A DNA stretch of 64,000 nucleotides from positions 6,899 to 70,898 of IMG/VR virus record IMGVR_UViG_3300044979_000007, one strand, 5' to 3'. The notes under the pieces were generated by a model. That model was given only the letters and a program-made list of their open reading frames with translations, did no database searches and had not been told where the DNA came from. The stretch's first letter is position 1. Every line of letters begins with the position of its first letter. The position numbers were made by a program, and so were the translations under genes. Positions 1 to 9,625 of this stretch are shown one piece after another. This DNA is from a virus.

Positions 1-116
1 CGTTTTCCTTTGGGGTCAACCAATATCCCGACTTGCTTTCATCCTGCTCGTTTTGAGCCCAATAATCCCCGTTCTCGATGTCTGGTACAAATATTTCCTC
101 GTATCGCTTCATGGGT

Positions 117-290
117 TTACGATTTTCGATGATCTAATTTGTATTGAACAAAAAGTATGACGGCATATCCAATGGCACATTCTATAAACAGGAAATACTT
201 ATGAAACTGAATCCAATGCATGGTAGCCACCAAAAAAGCTGCAAATATCAGCAAATTGTATCGCCATCCTATTTTTTTTATCGTCTTCAT
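117..290 (-). CDS. small membrane protein (57 aa)
   Basis: Read manually: MKTIKKIGWRYNLLIFAAFLVATMHWIQFHKYFLFIECAIGYAVILFVQYKLDHRKS; two hydrophobic stretches; packs into the minus-strand operon. Confidence 0.55.
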   Translation of the reverse strand: MKTIKKIGWRYNLLIFAAFLVATMHWIQFHKYFLFIECAIGYAVILFVQYKLDHRKS

Positions 291-302
291 TTTTTACTGC
301 TT

Positions 303-704
303 CTATGGGTGGGTGGAATGGACTGGCTCACCGATCAGGTCTTCGACATAAACGGGAGGCTCTGATATTTCAGGATACTGGGCTTTTTTGATATCGTACA
401 GGGCGGCGAGGATGCGCTGCTTGGGGGTGGGTTGCTTGTAAGCGCTTTGCATGCCTTCGTGTTGCCACGAATTGTCATTAATAATGGTTACACACATAAT
501 TTCGCCACCAAATAATTTAATCAACGCTCTTGCTTCCTGCGTTAAATAAATACCGTCCGCCATTGTTCCTGGTCTCCCACCACAATGGCCGATAGCGCAA
601 TGCCTCCCATATTCGTCGCCCAATACTTCAATGCACCAGTCCTTCTCGTCTATTGCCGAAAATTTCGTGATAAAATAGTCTATATCATAAATTGTCTGTT
701 CCAT
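303..704 (-). CDS. hypothetical phage protein
   Basis: ORF 303..794; likely start at ATG 704 (MEQTIY) after an A-rich leader; contains RHCAIGHC motif. Confidence 0.65.
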   Translation of the reverse strand: MEQTIYDIDYFITKFSAIDEKDWCIEVLGDEYGRHCAIGHCGGRPGTMADGIYLTQEARALIKLFGGEIMCVTIINDNSWQHEGMQSAYKQPTPKQRILAALYDIKKAQYPEISEPPVYVEDLIGEPVHSTHP

Positions 705-732
705 GTTATTTATTTTTGAGTAGGTTAAGAAA

Positions 733-1023
733 TCAGTCAGCCGGTTCGTAAGTTTTTTTAAATATTTCATCTTTGCACGGGTAAAACTCACCATTGACGC
801 CCTTTATGATCCAATCGCCCGGCATGGCTTTCATGTTACCTTCGAGTGTTGGGATCGTTAGGCTAAAGATTGGCGGAGCCTTCCCGGCTTCATAGGCTGT
901 TTCAGATTCAAGCTGATAATAGAGATTCACGCCTTCGCCAATAAACGCTTCAATTGCAGCCCTGTTGAGATTATTGAATTGAATGGCATCAATAACAACT
1001 GGTTTTTTTCTGAACTTTGGCAT
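733..1023 (-). CDS. conserved phage protein (KFRKKPVV...PGDWIIKG..GEFYPCK family)
   Basis: Widespread phage motif TLEGxMxAxPGDWIIKGVxGEFYPCK; function not assigned. Confidence 0.8.
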   Translation of the reverse strand: MPKFRKKPVVIDAIQFNNLNRAAIEAFIGEGVNLYYQLESETAYEAGKAPPIFSLTIPTLEGNMKAMPGDWIIKGVNGEFYPCKDEIFKKTYEPAD

Positions 1024-1062
1024 TGCCTTTTATTTTAGATTTTATATCAAATGAGTCATCTA

Positions 1063-1560
1063 TCAGTTTAAAGACCACCTCCCCGGATAATCACTTATAT
1101 GGTATCTGTCGTAAAATCCGAAATACCGAACTGAGCAGGTATCGCAGTCCTTCTGCCAGCCAACGGTACCTGGTGGAACGGGGATAGCAAAATGGAGGGT
1201 GTCGTTCCAATTAATGCTGGCGTGTATTGTATGCACCGGCGGATCACATTGGCACCGTGGTTTTTCGCCAGTATCAGAAATCGCTTTTATTCTAGCTCTA
1301 GTACTGTCTGCTATAAGCAGATTGTATAAATCGAAGGCTTTGATTGTGAAATAATGTCGCTTATCGGAATAGTATAAAACACTGTCTTCGGGGCCGCATT
1401 TCATACGACAGGTGTAAAAATCTGAACTGTCCACATAATTACCGGCCATTTTAACGCTATCCAAGTATTTAACGTCTCTGATTATAGCAGCGTCCGATCT
1501 AATCGTCTGCCCCATCGCCCCGCTTCCTGCCAGAAGGAGTAATAGAAGTATAAGTTTCAT
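1063..1560 (-). CDS. exported protein with Sec signal peptide
   Basis: MKLILLLLLLAGSGAMG-Q signal; several Cys pairs. Confidence 0.65.
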   Translation of the reverse strand: MKLILLLLLLAGSGAMGQTIRSDAAIIRDVKYLDSVKMAGNYVDSSDFYTCRMKCGPEDSVLYYSDKRHYFTIKAFDLYNLLIADSTRARIKAISDTGEKPRCQCDPPVHTIHASINWNDTLHFAIPVPPGTVGWQKDCDTCSVRYFGFYDRYHISDYPGRWSLN

Positions 1561-2609
1561 GGTTGAGTGTTTAGATATTCTTTAAGGAATTCTTTCTTTT
1601 CTTCTGACGACCACTTGCAACTGTAGTCATTCAGAATTTTATTCACCTTGTCGAAGTCCTTATATTTAAGGTATCTCATTTGGTATTCGGTCGGAAATTT
1701 CTGCCAATCAAGCAATCGGAACTGGTTATCACTGGACATAAAATTGTACAGAAAATCCAGTGTTGCGTGATTGAATTTAAGGATAAACTTAGATATGAAC
1801 CCTTTTATCGAATCAAAGACCAACTGTCTGTTGTTTAATGTGATAAGGCATTCGCCAAGTCTTGAAACCTGTTCGTCCGAAATATTTTTGTTGTGCTCTG
1901 GAAGTGCGAACAGGTAATGAAATTCAGAAACCCTTTTGTTAATAGATTCCAGCAGCATCGAAAACACATCCTCGTCTAAAATGTAAGGGTTTTTCATAAT
2001 CAAGTCATGCGGCATGTTAGACAATCCGGCATCGGCCTCTATCCAGAAGTTTGAAACGCCAAAAATAGCCGAATTGGTATTATATTTTGGGGCCTTGACG
2101 TATCCTATTACGGCGTCCTTTGAATAATCGTAAGGCATTTTAAAGGCATTGAGAAAGGATATAGCTTTGGCCGAATCTTCTGGCTTCATCAGCAATTGCA
2201 GCAGGTCGCAAATCTCCTTTTTGTGGTCGTAGTAATTGACCGCCAGATGGACAACCAAGCTGCCGTCGCTCCGACTGCAACACCATCCGTTATAGGCTTT
2301 TTTGATGCCAAATAAAGAGCTAAGTATCTGTTCGATAAAAAGGAATTGATTCTTTTGCCGACTATCATACCAGTCGCTTTTGTCATGCTCTCCCTCTTTG
2401 ATGCCGGAAAATGTATCTCTTAACTTACCGAATAGATGGTGGGTGTTTTCAGCTTCCAATACCCGCTCCTTTAGCATCTTAATCTCCTTTCGCTGATCCG
2501 AAATAGTCTTGTTGCCGCTCTCTAATTGCTTCTCAAGTGAGGATATTTTTTGGCCAATTTCTTTTGAAACAATTTCATTAAGATCAACATTCAACAGTTC
2601 TGTGTTCAT
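1557..2609 (-). CDS. hypothetical protein with N-terminal coiled coil
   Basis: 350-aa ORF with ATGA overlap to the next gene. Confidence 0.7.
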   Translation of the reverse strand: MNTELLNVDLNEIVSKEIGQKISSLEKQLESGNKTISDQRKEIKMLKERVLEAENTHHLFGKLRDTFSGIKEGEHDKSDWYDSRQKNQFLFIEQILSSLFGIKKAYNGWCCSRSDGSLVVHLAVNYYDHKKEICDLLQLLMKPEDSAKAISFLNAFKMPYDYSKDAVIGYVKAPKYNTNSAIFGVSNFWIEADAGLSNMPHDLIMKNPYILDEDVFSMLLESINKRVSEFHYLFALPEHNKNISDEQVSRLGECLITLNNRQLVFDSIKGFISKFILKFNHATLDFLYNFMSSDNQFRLLDWQKFPTEYQMRYLKYKDFDKVNKILNDYSCKWSSEEKKEFLKEYLNTQP

Positions 2610-2692
2610 ATAATAGTTTTATTGTTACTAACGTTCGCCACAATACACATCCAATCAAAAGGGAGAGAAAGATGTATTTCATTTAATAATAT

Positions 2693-3250
2693 TTATAATT
2701 TAATTGGTTTAAGTTTCTTCATCCGGCGGACTTCTTTTGAGTAATGGGAGATAAGTTCTTTAATTTCTGACACGGAATAGTTATAAGTTACGCGGGCCTG
2801 ATCTTCTAAGGCTTCAACACTCCCCGGACGGTCTCTCTCCAAATGTTCGCCGTATGCCGTCAAATTACCCTTTTTAGTCTGGTTACAGGTAGTACATCCT
2901 CCATGACAATTATCTTCACTATATCGTGTATTTTGATGGCCACGCCGCATGAAGTGCATATTATCGCATTCTGTCCAGTAGTTAACAGCACCACAGCAAT
3001 AGCATGAGACATAACCGTTTTCGTCTGAATCTCGCAGCCGGATGAACTGGCTAAAAACATCATCTAAATCAGACATTGCAGTGCTAAGGCTTTCGTTTTC
3101 GGCAACTTCCTTTTCTTCAAATTTAGCCGCCGAAGCCAACCTGCGACCCAACCAATAGTGATTTTGACAAAGGCCGGCAGTCAACGCTCCATATACCGAA
3201 CATCCCGGATGCTTGCAATTACCTGTTTTTTGCCTGATTGTGCTATACAT
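2693..3250 (-). CDS. ninG: NinG/Rap-family recombination endonuclease
   Basis: LDDVFSQFIRLRD..GYVSCYCCG...HF..RG..NTRYSEDNCHGGCTTCN; ATG at 3250 lies just downstream of a -7 box (likely leaderless). Confidence 0.85.
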   Translation of the reverse strand: MYSTIRQKTGNCKHPGCSVYGALTAGLCQNHYWLGRRLASAAKFEEKEVAENESLSTAMSDLDDVFSQFIRLRDSDENGYVSCYCCGAVNYWTECDNMHFMRRGHQNTRYSEDNCHGGCTTCNQTKKGNLTAYGEHLERDRPGSVEALEDQARVTYNYSVSEIKELISHYSKEVRRMKKLKPIKL

Positions 3251-3255
3251 CAGCA

Positions 3256-3327
3256 CAAACCTAATACTATTTTCAACAATTCCAAAAAAATAATTATTGT
3301 TAATTCAAAAAAGTTTATTTAGGTTTG
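3256..3327. promoter_or_regulatory. divergent pair of Bacteroidota sigma-70 -7 promoters
   Basis: TAGGTTTG on minus (3256-3263) and on plus (3320-3327) flanking an AT-rich spacer. Confidence 0.75.
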
Positions 3328-3343
3328 CTGAAACATTTCCAAA

Positions 3344-3535
3344 ATGGCAGAAGTTAAAGAAAACTATCGGGCTAAAATTAAAGCGGCTCTTATTACCCAA
3401 AAGCGACTGGCGAAGATGACTAAAATACATGAGGTCCGTATCTCTTGTGTCTTGAACGGAACATTGGAATTTAGCGATGAGGAGATTGATAAAGTTTATA
3501 AGGCTTTAAAACTTAAAAGAGATGGCAAATCGTAA
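3344..3535 (+). CDS. Cro/XRE-like HTH regulator
   Basis: 63 aa, ITQKRLAKMTKIHEVRISCVLNG HTH pattern; first gene after the divergent promoter. Confidence 0.7.
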   Translation: MAEVKENYRAKIKAALITQKRLAKMTKIHEVRISCVLNGTLEFSDEEIDKVYKALKLKRDGKS

Positions 3536-3860
3536 AGAGACACGGGAAGTCCATAAGAAGGCGTTTCTAGCTTTACTGCAACGCGGCGAGGTTCTTACTC
3601 AAAAGAAACACGGCACCATATTCAAGTGTATGCGCCTAGCCGCCCGTATGTGGGATTTAAGAAAAGACGGACACCCCATCATAACCACCATGATTTACAA
3701 CGAAAAAACTGGCGAAAAGTACGCCGAATACTCTTACGAAGGAGTAACGCCGGAGCCATCCAAAAAACGTGAACGAGTAATGAAGGGAAAGACGGTAGCG
3801 GATCACGCTCGTGAAATTAAGAAGATTCAAAGTCAAGTAATTCAAACAACACTATTTTAA
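3522..3860 (+). CDS. winged-HTH phage protein
   Basis: LQRGEVLT...CMRLAARMWDLRKDGHPIIT...YAEY, a typical phage wHTH. Confidence 0.7.
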   Translation: MANRKETREVHKKAFLALLQRGEVLTQKKHGTIFKCMRLAARMWDLRKDGHPIITTMIYNEKTGEKYAEYSYEGVTPEPSKKRERVMKGKTVADHAREIKKIQSQVIQTTLF

Positions 3861-3861
3861 T

Positions 3862-4206
3862 ATGCCGCAAGTCCCATTTCCACATGTACTTACTTTCCCA
3901 CGCAATAACAGTTATCCTCCAAAGGGTGATATTGTCAGGGTGGTCACCGACGCGCCAATTTCAGATTTTGTTTTATAAACCACAGTCTCAGTTGGGCAAG
4001 ATATTCGATACGCCACTTTCGTAACCGACAAGGTTTTGGCTCAGCGGCCGGCGAAAGGCAATTGGTCTAATTGGGAAAAACATCCTACCTATTACGAAAT
4101 ATCCGTCAAAGAAACAGTGGACCGGCGTAGCGAAACTATGTCGAGCGACCCGAACTACCAGAAGAAACAAGAGACTTTGGCTGCTGCGAAGAAACTCTCC
4201 AACTAA
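3862..4206 (+). pseudogene. 115-codon gene interrupted by an in-frame TAA at 3976-3978
   Basis: Manual translation is open from ATG 3862 to TAA 4206 apart from one stop; fills the gap in the operon exactly. Confidence 0.6.
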
Positions 4207-4268
4207 GCCCCCCCCCTGTATAATAGATAGCCGGGAAAAATATTTTGAAAAAGTATAATCATTTTGTA

Positions 4269-4733
4269 ATGAGAGAAATAAAGTTTCGATATGTCTGGAA
4301 GCGAAAAGAGGACGGCCATATCTACATGGAGATATCTAGCGTTGAGCTATTGGAGCAGAAAGAAAGCGGTCGTTTTAAAGGCAATGAATTATGGGAGTTG
4401 ATCGGAAGGGATCAGCACACCGGGCTAAGAGATAAGAACGGAAACGATATTTACGAGAACGATATTATACAGGGCTATGTTTCTGATGAGGATGATGAAG
4501 GCGAAGTGCTGGAAAGGCGACTTGTTCGACGAGTGGTGAAATGGCGAGACGGTGCGCCAAACCACGAACCTCCAAAAGACGACAACCCGTCTACGTTCAA
4601 CCAAAATCCTGAATTTGTAGGTGATCTTATTGACGGCTACGAAGATGGATCAATGTACTGGTCTGAATTCCATGAGTGCGAAATTATCGGCAATATCCAC
4701 GAAGACAAAGACCTGCTCGTTAAAGCAGGCTAA
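4269..4733 (+). CDS. yopX: YopX-family protein
   Basis: MREIKFR...QHTGLRDKNGNDIYENDI...EIIGNIHE. Confidence 0.88.
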   Translation: MREIKFRYVWKRKEDGHIYMEISSVELLEQKESGRFKGNELWELIGRDQHTGLRDKNGNDIYENDIIQGYVSDEDDEGEVLERRLVRRVVKWRDGAPNHEPPKDDNPSTFNQNPEFVGDLIDGYEDGSMYWSEFHECEIIGNIHEDKDLLVKAG

Positions 4734-4773
4734 AGAACATGGATTATCAGTAAGAATTGTTAAATATTAAGTT

Positions 4774-5007
4774 ATGATAGTCAAAGTACAAATAAGCCAA
4801 TTCGATAGCGAAGGACGGAAACGGATGTTGATCTACGACCGTACAAGGACGTATATGTGCGAAGATGATGCTAGTCCGGCAGTACTGAAACTTATGGGCG
4901 ATGATCCTAAAAAGTTCTTTCACGCAGAAGCGGCCCCACCGCCAAACAACGACAGGCATTCGGCAAAGTTTGTAATAGGCGAACAAGCTCCTTGGCAAGA
5001 TTGGTAA
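4774..5007 (+). CDS. hypothetical phage protein
   Basis: 77-aa ORF with typical end APWQDW. Confidence 0.65.
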   Translation: MIVKVQISQFDSEGRKRMLIYDRTRTYMCEDDASPAVLKLMGDDPKKFFHAEAAPPPNNDRHSAKFVIGEQAPWQDW

Positions 5008-5040
5008 AAAATAAATTTTTTAATTCGAAAGAACTATTAG

Positions 5041-5196
5041 TAATTTCATAGTGCTTAGTCCGAATAATCTTATTTAATATGCAGGAAATACATTATTTTT
5101 GTAATCAAGCGTCCGTCTCCGGACAATTTCGCATTTTCATAGGATTATTTTATTAAGCAACTTCCGCCGGGTTCTCTCGGGGGATTTTTTTTGTAT
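5041..5196 (+). promoter_or_regulatory. structured leader with uORF and terminator-like hairpin
   Basis: 5052-5073 pairs with 5139-5159; uORF 5079..5156; GC hairpin plus T-tract 5161-5192. Confidence 0.5.
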
Positions 5197-5213
5197 CCTT
5201 TTAAGAGCTGGTT

Positions 5214-5615
5214 ATGACATGGAATGAACAACTGCTAACCAAAAAATGGCTTACTAAGCGTACCGAAATTCTGATCCGAGACCATTTTAAATGTCAGGTT
5301 CCTGGGTGTGATGTTGAATTCGAGGGCGTTGAGGTTCACCACTTAGATTATCTTGGTAATTTACTGGCGTGGGAGTACCCGAATGATATGCTTAAGACGT
5401 TGTGCCATAAGCATCATTCTAACCATCATCAGGGCATCCAGATGGCCGAAAAGGCGCTAATGTCTTCACTACGGGTAAAAGGGTTTCTCTTGGGCGACGT
5501 GATGGCTTTATCCTCTTTGGTCGATACAGACATAGAATTTACTCAATCCCTATTAAAAATCCTTTCGGACTTGCAAAATGGCAAAAAGGTTCACAGCTAC
5601 GGAAATATGGGGTGA
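5214..5615 (+). CDS. HNH-fold protein
   Basis: W..KR.EIL.RD.F.CQ..GC...EVHHLDY......WEYP...L.TLC..HH. Confidence 0.8.
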   Translation: MTWNEQLLTKKWLTKRTEILIRDHFKCQVPGCDVEFEGVEVHHLDYLGNLLAWEYPNDMLKTLCHKHHSNHHQGIQMAEKALMSSLRVKGFLLGDVMALSSLVDTDIEFTQSLLKILSDLQNGKKVHSYGNMG

Positions 5616-6165
5616 GGATTGGTTCCTCGAAATGCCCTCAGAATACAAGTTATTTTGGTACTACATGCTTGCTACCTGCGATCATGGAGGTCTGTTTAAG
5701 GTCAACTTGAGGTCTTTTAGAGGTCTAGTAGGGGTCGACATCACCTCTCATACAGCTCTCGAACACTTCAATAAAGGGAAGGAAAGAATAAGAATTATCA
5801 ATAGTTCTGTTTGGTTGATTGAGGATTTCTTTGTGTATCAATACGGTACGACATTTAATCCGAATAACAAGATGCACGCGAGTATCGAAAAGCTGTATTT
5901 AAAATTTGACCTCAAAATGACTTCTATTAGAGGTCTAACAGACCTCAAGGATAGGGTCAAGGATAAGGAAAAGGAAATAAATACAGAGAGTAGAATACAC
6001 GAAGCCACTAATGGCAAAATTCAAAGCGGAATAAAATTCGATGAAAAGGGGGAAACAGTTTTTTTCGACGACGGCACCTATCAGCAATTAGGCTACGAAC
6101 AACGGATCGCCTTCCGCCAAAAAACATTAAACCCAAGAGACGTTAAAAAAGGTCATCCTTATTGA
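5578..6165 (+). CDS. putative replication initiator/replisome organiser
   Basis: MAKRFTATEIWGEDWF..M..EYKLFWYY...CDHGG N-terminus; directly upstream of the primase-helicase. Confidence 0.6.
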   Translation: MAKRFTATEIWGEDWFLEMPSEYKLFWYYMLATCDHGGLFKVNLRSFRGLVGVDITSHTALEHFNKGKERIRIINSSVWLIEDFFVYQYGTTFNPNNKMHASIEKLYLKFDLKMTSIRGLTDLKDRVKDKEKEINTESRIHEATNGKIQSGIKFDEKGETVFFDDGTYQQLGYEQRIAFRQKTLNPRDVKKGHPY

Positions 6166-6171
6166 TTATCT

Positions 6172-8034
6172 ATGTATTACGATAGGCTTTCAGACTTAGG
6201 GATCAAACTCACCCGGCATTCCGGGAACGAAAAAACGCTATGCCCTCAGTGTAGCGACGGGCGCAAGAACAAGCGAGATAGATGCTTGTCAGTCAACGTC
6301 ACAACCGGGGAATACAACTGCCACAATTGCGGCTGGAAAGGGAATTGTCGGAGTTTTGAGCGCAAGCGGGAAGAAAAAACCTACGAACGACCGGCCCGCG
6401 ATTACATCGAATCCATCCAGCGAAAGGAGAAAACGGAATGGTATTTCGAAAAACGGGGTATCGGGACGGCGACGCTGGAAAAATTTCTGATCTTCAGCCG
6501 TGACGAATTCATGCCGCAAACCGGCCAAAAGGAGAACTGTATTTGCTTCCCATACTTCCGGGATGGAGAGTTAGTCAACATCAAATTCAGGGACGCCAGG
6601 AAGAATTTTCGCATGGTAGCCGGGGCCGAACTGATTTTTTACAACCTTTCCAGCCTTCGAGAAAAGAAAAAGGCAATCATTACCGAAGGAGAAATTGACT
6701 GCCTGAGTTGCTACGAAGCAGGGATCGGACAGGACACGGAGCCATTTTCGGAGTACGGGATCGTTAGCGTCCCGAATGGAGCCAGCAAAGGAAGTCAGCG
6801 GTTAGACTATCTTGACAACTGCGCGGATTGGTTCATGGGGTTGGAAGAAATCGTTATCGCTACTGATGGCGACGAAGCGGGCCAATCACTGAGGGATGAG
6901 CTAATGCGAAGATTGGGGGTCGAACGATGCCGGTTTGTGACGTATCCGGAAGAAAGTAGGATAGACGCTGGCGGCCAACTAAAACGGCCATGTAAGGACT
7001 TGAATGAGGTTTTGGTTCATTTCGGAAAGGAACGTGTGTTAGATTGCATCCAGAATGCTAAAGCTGTCCCTGTAGACGGGGTTTACTTTGTAGAGGACAT
7101 ATTCGGGTCAATGTTCGACAACTTCAAAAAAGGGGTACAGATTGCGCCTGAGACAAGGTTTAGAGATTTGGACAACTACTTCCGATGGAAAAAAGGAGCC
7201 ATCAACGTGTTTACCGGATATGCCAATGCAGGTAAGACTTTTTTCGTCCTGCAACTGATGCTCACAAAAAGCCTGTACGATGATTGGAAGTGGGCGGTAT
7301 TCTCCCCTGAAAATTATCCGGCCAATGACTTTTTCGATGATATGGTTGAAATGTTCTGCGGGAAATCGTTAGGCGACATGAAGGATGAGGAATATATTCA
7401 AGCCTGTGAATTTTTGAACGAGCATTTTTTCTACGTGTACCCCGACAACGACCATGACCTGCTTTCGATCCATGACAAGTTCCGATATTTGGTTCTCAAA
7501 AAAGGAGTTGACGGCGTTACCATAGACCCGTACAACCAACTTGACCACAACCAGAAAGCATACCAGCGAGAAGATCAATACCTTTCTGACGTACTCAAAG
7601 ACATTAAGCGATTTGCGTTGCTTAATAACGTAACTTATAACATCGTAGCTCACCCGAAAAACCCAAAATACGAACAGGACAAATCTCTCCCGGTTGTGGA
7701 TATGTACGATTTGCACGGAGGGTCCATGTGGGGAAATAAAGCGGATCATATACTTTCTTATCACCGACCAAATTGGCATATTGATAAAAATAGCCCTGAG
7801 GTAGAAATCCATATCCAGAAAGTCAAGCGCAAGCGGACAGGCGGAAAGCAGGGTATGGTAGAAATGAAACTCAATTGGCAGCAAAAAAGATATATTGAAA
7901 CTTCTGAAACCGAATCATTTTGCGATCCAAAACGGGCCACGAATTTTAAAACGTCAACAGAACCGCCTAAAATTATCGACACCTATAAGCCAGTCAAAAA
8001 CTGGTATGAACGCGAAGATATTGATCCATTCTAA
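6172..8034 (+). CDS. bifunctional DNA primase-helicase (T7 gp4/Twinkle-like)
   Basis: Zn finger CPQC..CHNC, TOPRIM ITEGEID and ATDGDEAG, Walker A GYANAGKT, IDPYNQL, VAHP. Confidence 0.95.
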   Translation: MYYDRLSDLGIKLTRHSGNEKTLCPQCSDGRKNKRDRCLSVNVTTGEYNCHNCGWKGNCRSFERKREEKTYERPARDYIESIQRKEKTEWYFEKRGIGTATLEKFLIFSRDEFMPQTGQKENCICFPYFRDGELVNIKFRDARKNFRMVAGAELIFYNLSSLREKKKAIITEGEIDCLSCYEAGIGQDTEPFSEYGIVSVPNGASKGSQRLDYLDNCADWFMGLEEIVIATDGDEAGQSLRDELMRRLGVERCRFVTYPEESRIDAGGQLKRPCKDLNEVLVHFGKERVLDCIQNAKAVPVDGVYFVEDIFGSMFDNFKKGVQIAPETRFRDLDNYFRWKKGAINVFTGYANAGKTFFVLQLMLTKSLYDDWKWAVFSPENYPANDFFDDMVEMFCGKSLGDMKDEEYIQACEFLNEHFFYVYPDNDHDLLSIHDKFRYLVLKKGVDGVTIDPYNQLDHNQKAYQREDQYLSDVLKDIKRFALLNNVTYNIVAHPKNPKYEQDKSLPVVDMYDLHGGSMWGNKADHILSYHRPNWHIDKNSPEVEIHIQKVKRKRTGGKQGMVEMKLNWQQKRYIETSETESFCDPKRATNFKTSTEPPKIIDTYKPVKNWYEREDIDPF

Positions 8035-8054
8035 AACTCTAAAGCGTACGAACC

Positions 8055-8372
8055 ATGGCACTCAACTTTAGACCAAGATACGAGCTACATACCGAATTTG
8101 GGATTATTGAAGGCTCTTATGAAGATTTAATTTCCTTGAGAGAAAAATCAGCAGGTGCTATTCTATACGAATTGATCCCATCATCCATGAACAAGGTGAG
8201 AATAAGCCGGGTGTCATATATCACTTTAGGCCAGTACCTGTACATTCATGTCATGCACAAGCGTGGAAAGGTGAGACAGGATTTTGCTAGACAGTTTAAT
8301 TTAGGATGGAGTACAATAGTCAGAATACTAAAAGATGAATTTAATATCTTACAGCATGGAAATATTGGATAA
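8055..8372 (+). CDS. hypothetical protein, possible C-terminal HTH
   Basis: FARQFNLGWSTIVRIL. Confidence 0.55.
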   Translation: MALNFRPRYELHTEFGIIEGSYEDLISLREKSAGAILYELIPSSMNKVRISRVSYITLGQYLYIHVMHKRGKVRQDFARQFNLGWSTIVRILKDEFNILQHGNIG

Positions 8373-8742
8373 AAACACACCGGGATTCACTGTGACGAAC
8401 AAGAGAGGGGGCAAAATAATGATTACCTTTTCTGATTCAGGTATATTTATTTCAAGTAGCGCATGCAGGGAATTTGACTTAAACCCACTCGATAAGATAC
8501 ACTTCATTCACGATTTGGATAGGCTATACTTTTTTATAAATGAAGAAAAATCGGGTTTCTCTTTGTTCGCATGCGGGGCTGGTAAAAATGGGCTGAGATC
8601 AAAATGTATTACGATGATAAATATTTTGAAAAAAAAAATGCCAACTGTAATATCGCCACCAGTATCCTTCCCGTTAAAGAAATCTGTAACAAAATTAAAC
8701 GGTCATAATCTTATCGAAATTCTTATCCATAAAAAACCATAA
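8356..8742 (+). CDS. hypothetical protein
   Basis: ORF; probable start ATG 8356. Confidence 0.6.
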   Translation: MEILDKNTPGFTVTNKRGGKIMITFSDSGIFISSSACREFDLNPLDKIHFIHDLDRLYFFINEEKSGFSLFACGAGKNGLRSKCITMINILKKKMPTVISPPVSFPLKKSVTKLNGHNLIEILIHKKP

Positions 8743-8806
8743 CACTCCCACCCCCTTAATAAATACTACAGCAATAATAAAAAACGGTAACTTTAATTTA
8801 AAATTA

Positions 8807-9052
8807 ATGACACCAAAACCTATTTGCATAATAAAAGTAGATTTTGAAAGGATTAAGCCCGGAGGCCACGATTTGCTTTCTGATCTGACGAATGCTTTTT
8901 CAGAAAAAATGCCAGACTATCATGTTTTTGTTATACCCAACGATGACCGAGAAGAACCGCATGATGTTTTAGAGTTTCAGGTATTTTACGAGAAGGATCA
9001 ACTACCTATCGACTATGAAGGACTTAAAAACATAATCAAACCATCAAACTAA
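8807..9052 (+). CDS. hypothetical protein
   Basis: ORF with A-rich start context. Confidence 0.6.
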   Translation: MTPKPICIIKVDFERIKPGGHDLLSDLTNAFSEKMPDYHVFVIPNDDREEPHDVLEFQVFYEKDQLPIDYEGLKNIIKPSN

Positions 9053-9059
9053 ACGGTAT

Positions 9060-9407
9060 ATGACAGTAGAACAATTTTTGGTTTCCGTTGGGAATGCTAA
9101 GTATAAGCGGGATACCGGGGAAGAAAAGCCAATCGGATATTGGGGGTACTCGCATAACGCTGCTATCGAGGCGATGGAACAATGGGCAAAGATAGAAAGC
9201 GAAAGATTCCTGAAATGGGTAGAGGATGGTCACTTTTGCCCAAATAGCAGCGGCTTTTGGTTTGACTACACTTTGTCCAGAGATGAAGTTCGTTTTTATA
9301 CCATTTCTCAACTTTACGGTTGGTTCCATACCGGAATAAAGTTCACGTTGCCGCCGCTAGAACTTCCTAAATCACTGCAACCTACAACCGAAAACAATAA
9401 ACCATGA
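9060..9407 (+). CDS. hypothetical protein
   Basis: ORF in a tightly packed operon. Confidence 0.6.
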   Translation: MTVEQFLVSVGNAKYKRDTGEEKPIGYWGYSHNAAIEAMEQWAKIESERFLKWVEDGHFCPNSSGFWFDYTLSRDEVRFYTISQLYGWFHTGIKFTLPPLELPKSLQPTTENNKP

Positions 9408-9625
9408 AAGAATACTCTCTAACCCAATCGTATAGAGGAATGCCGGCTAACACTTCTCTCTTTGGTCCATTTCCTGTTCGCGGAGGAACGGCTGGCGTCT
9501 ACGTTCAAAAAGCTGACATCCCAACCGATCCTTCTCAAGGAGTATCTTTTGGAATATATGAATCGGCGATACTATCCAATCCAGACATTTTTAAACCTGC
9601 GACGAATGGTACGGAAGGAAAATAA
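9404..9625 (+). CDS. hypothetical protein
   Basis: ATGA overlap with the upstream ORF. Confidence 0.55.
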   Translation: MKEYSLTQSYRGMPANTSLFGPFPVRGGTAGVYVQKADIPTDPSQGVSFGIYESAILSNPDIFKPATNGTEGK

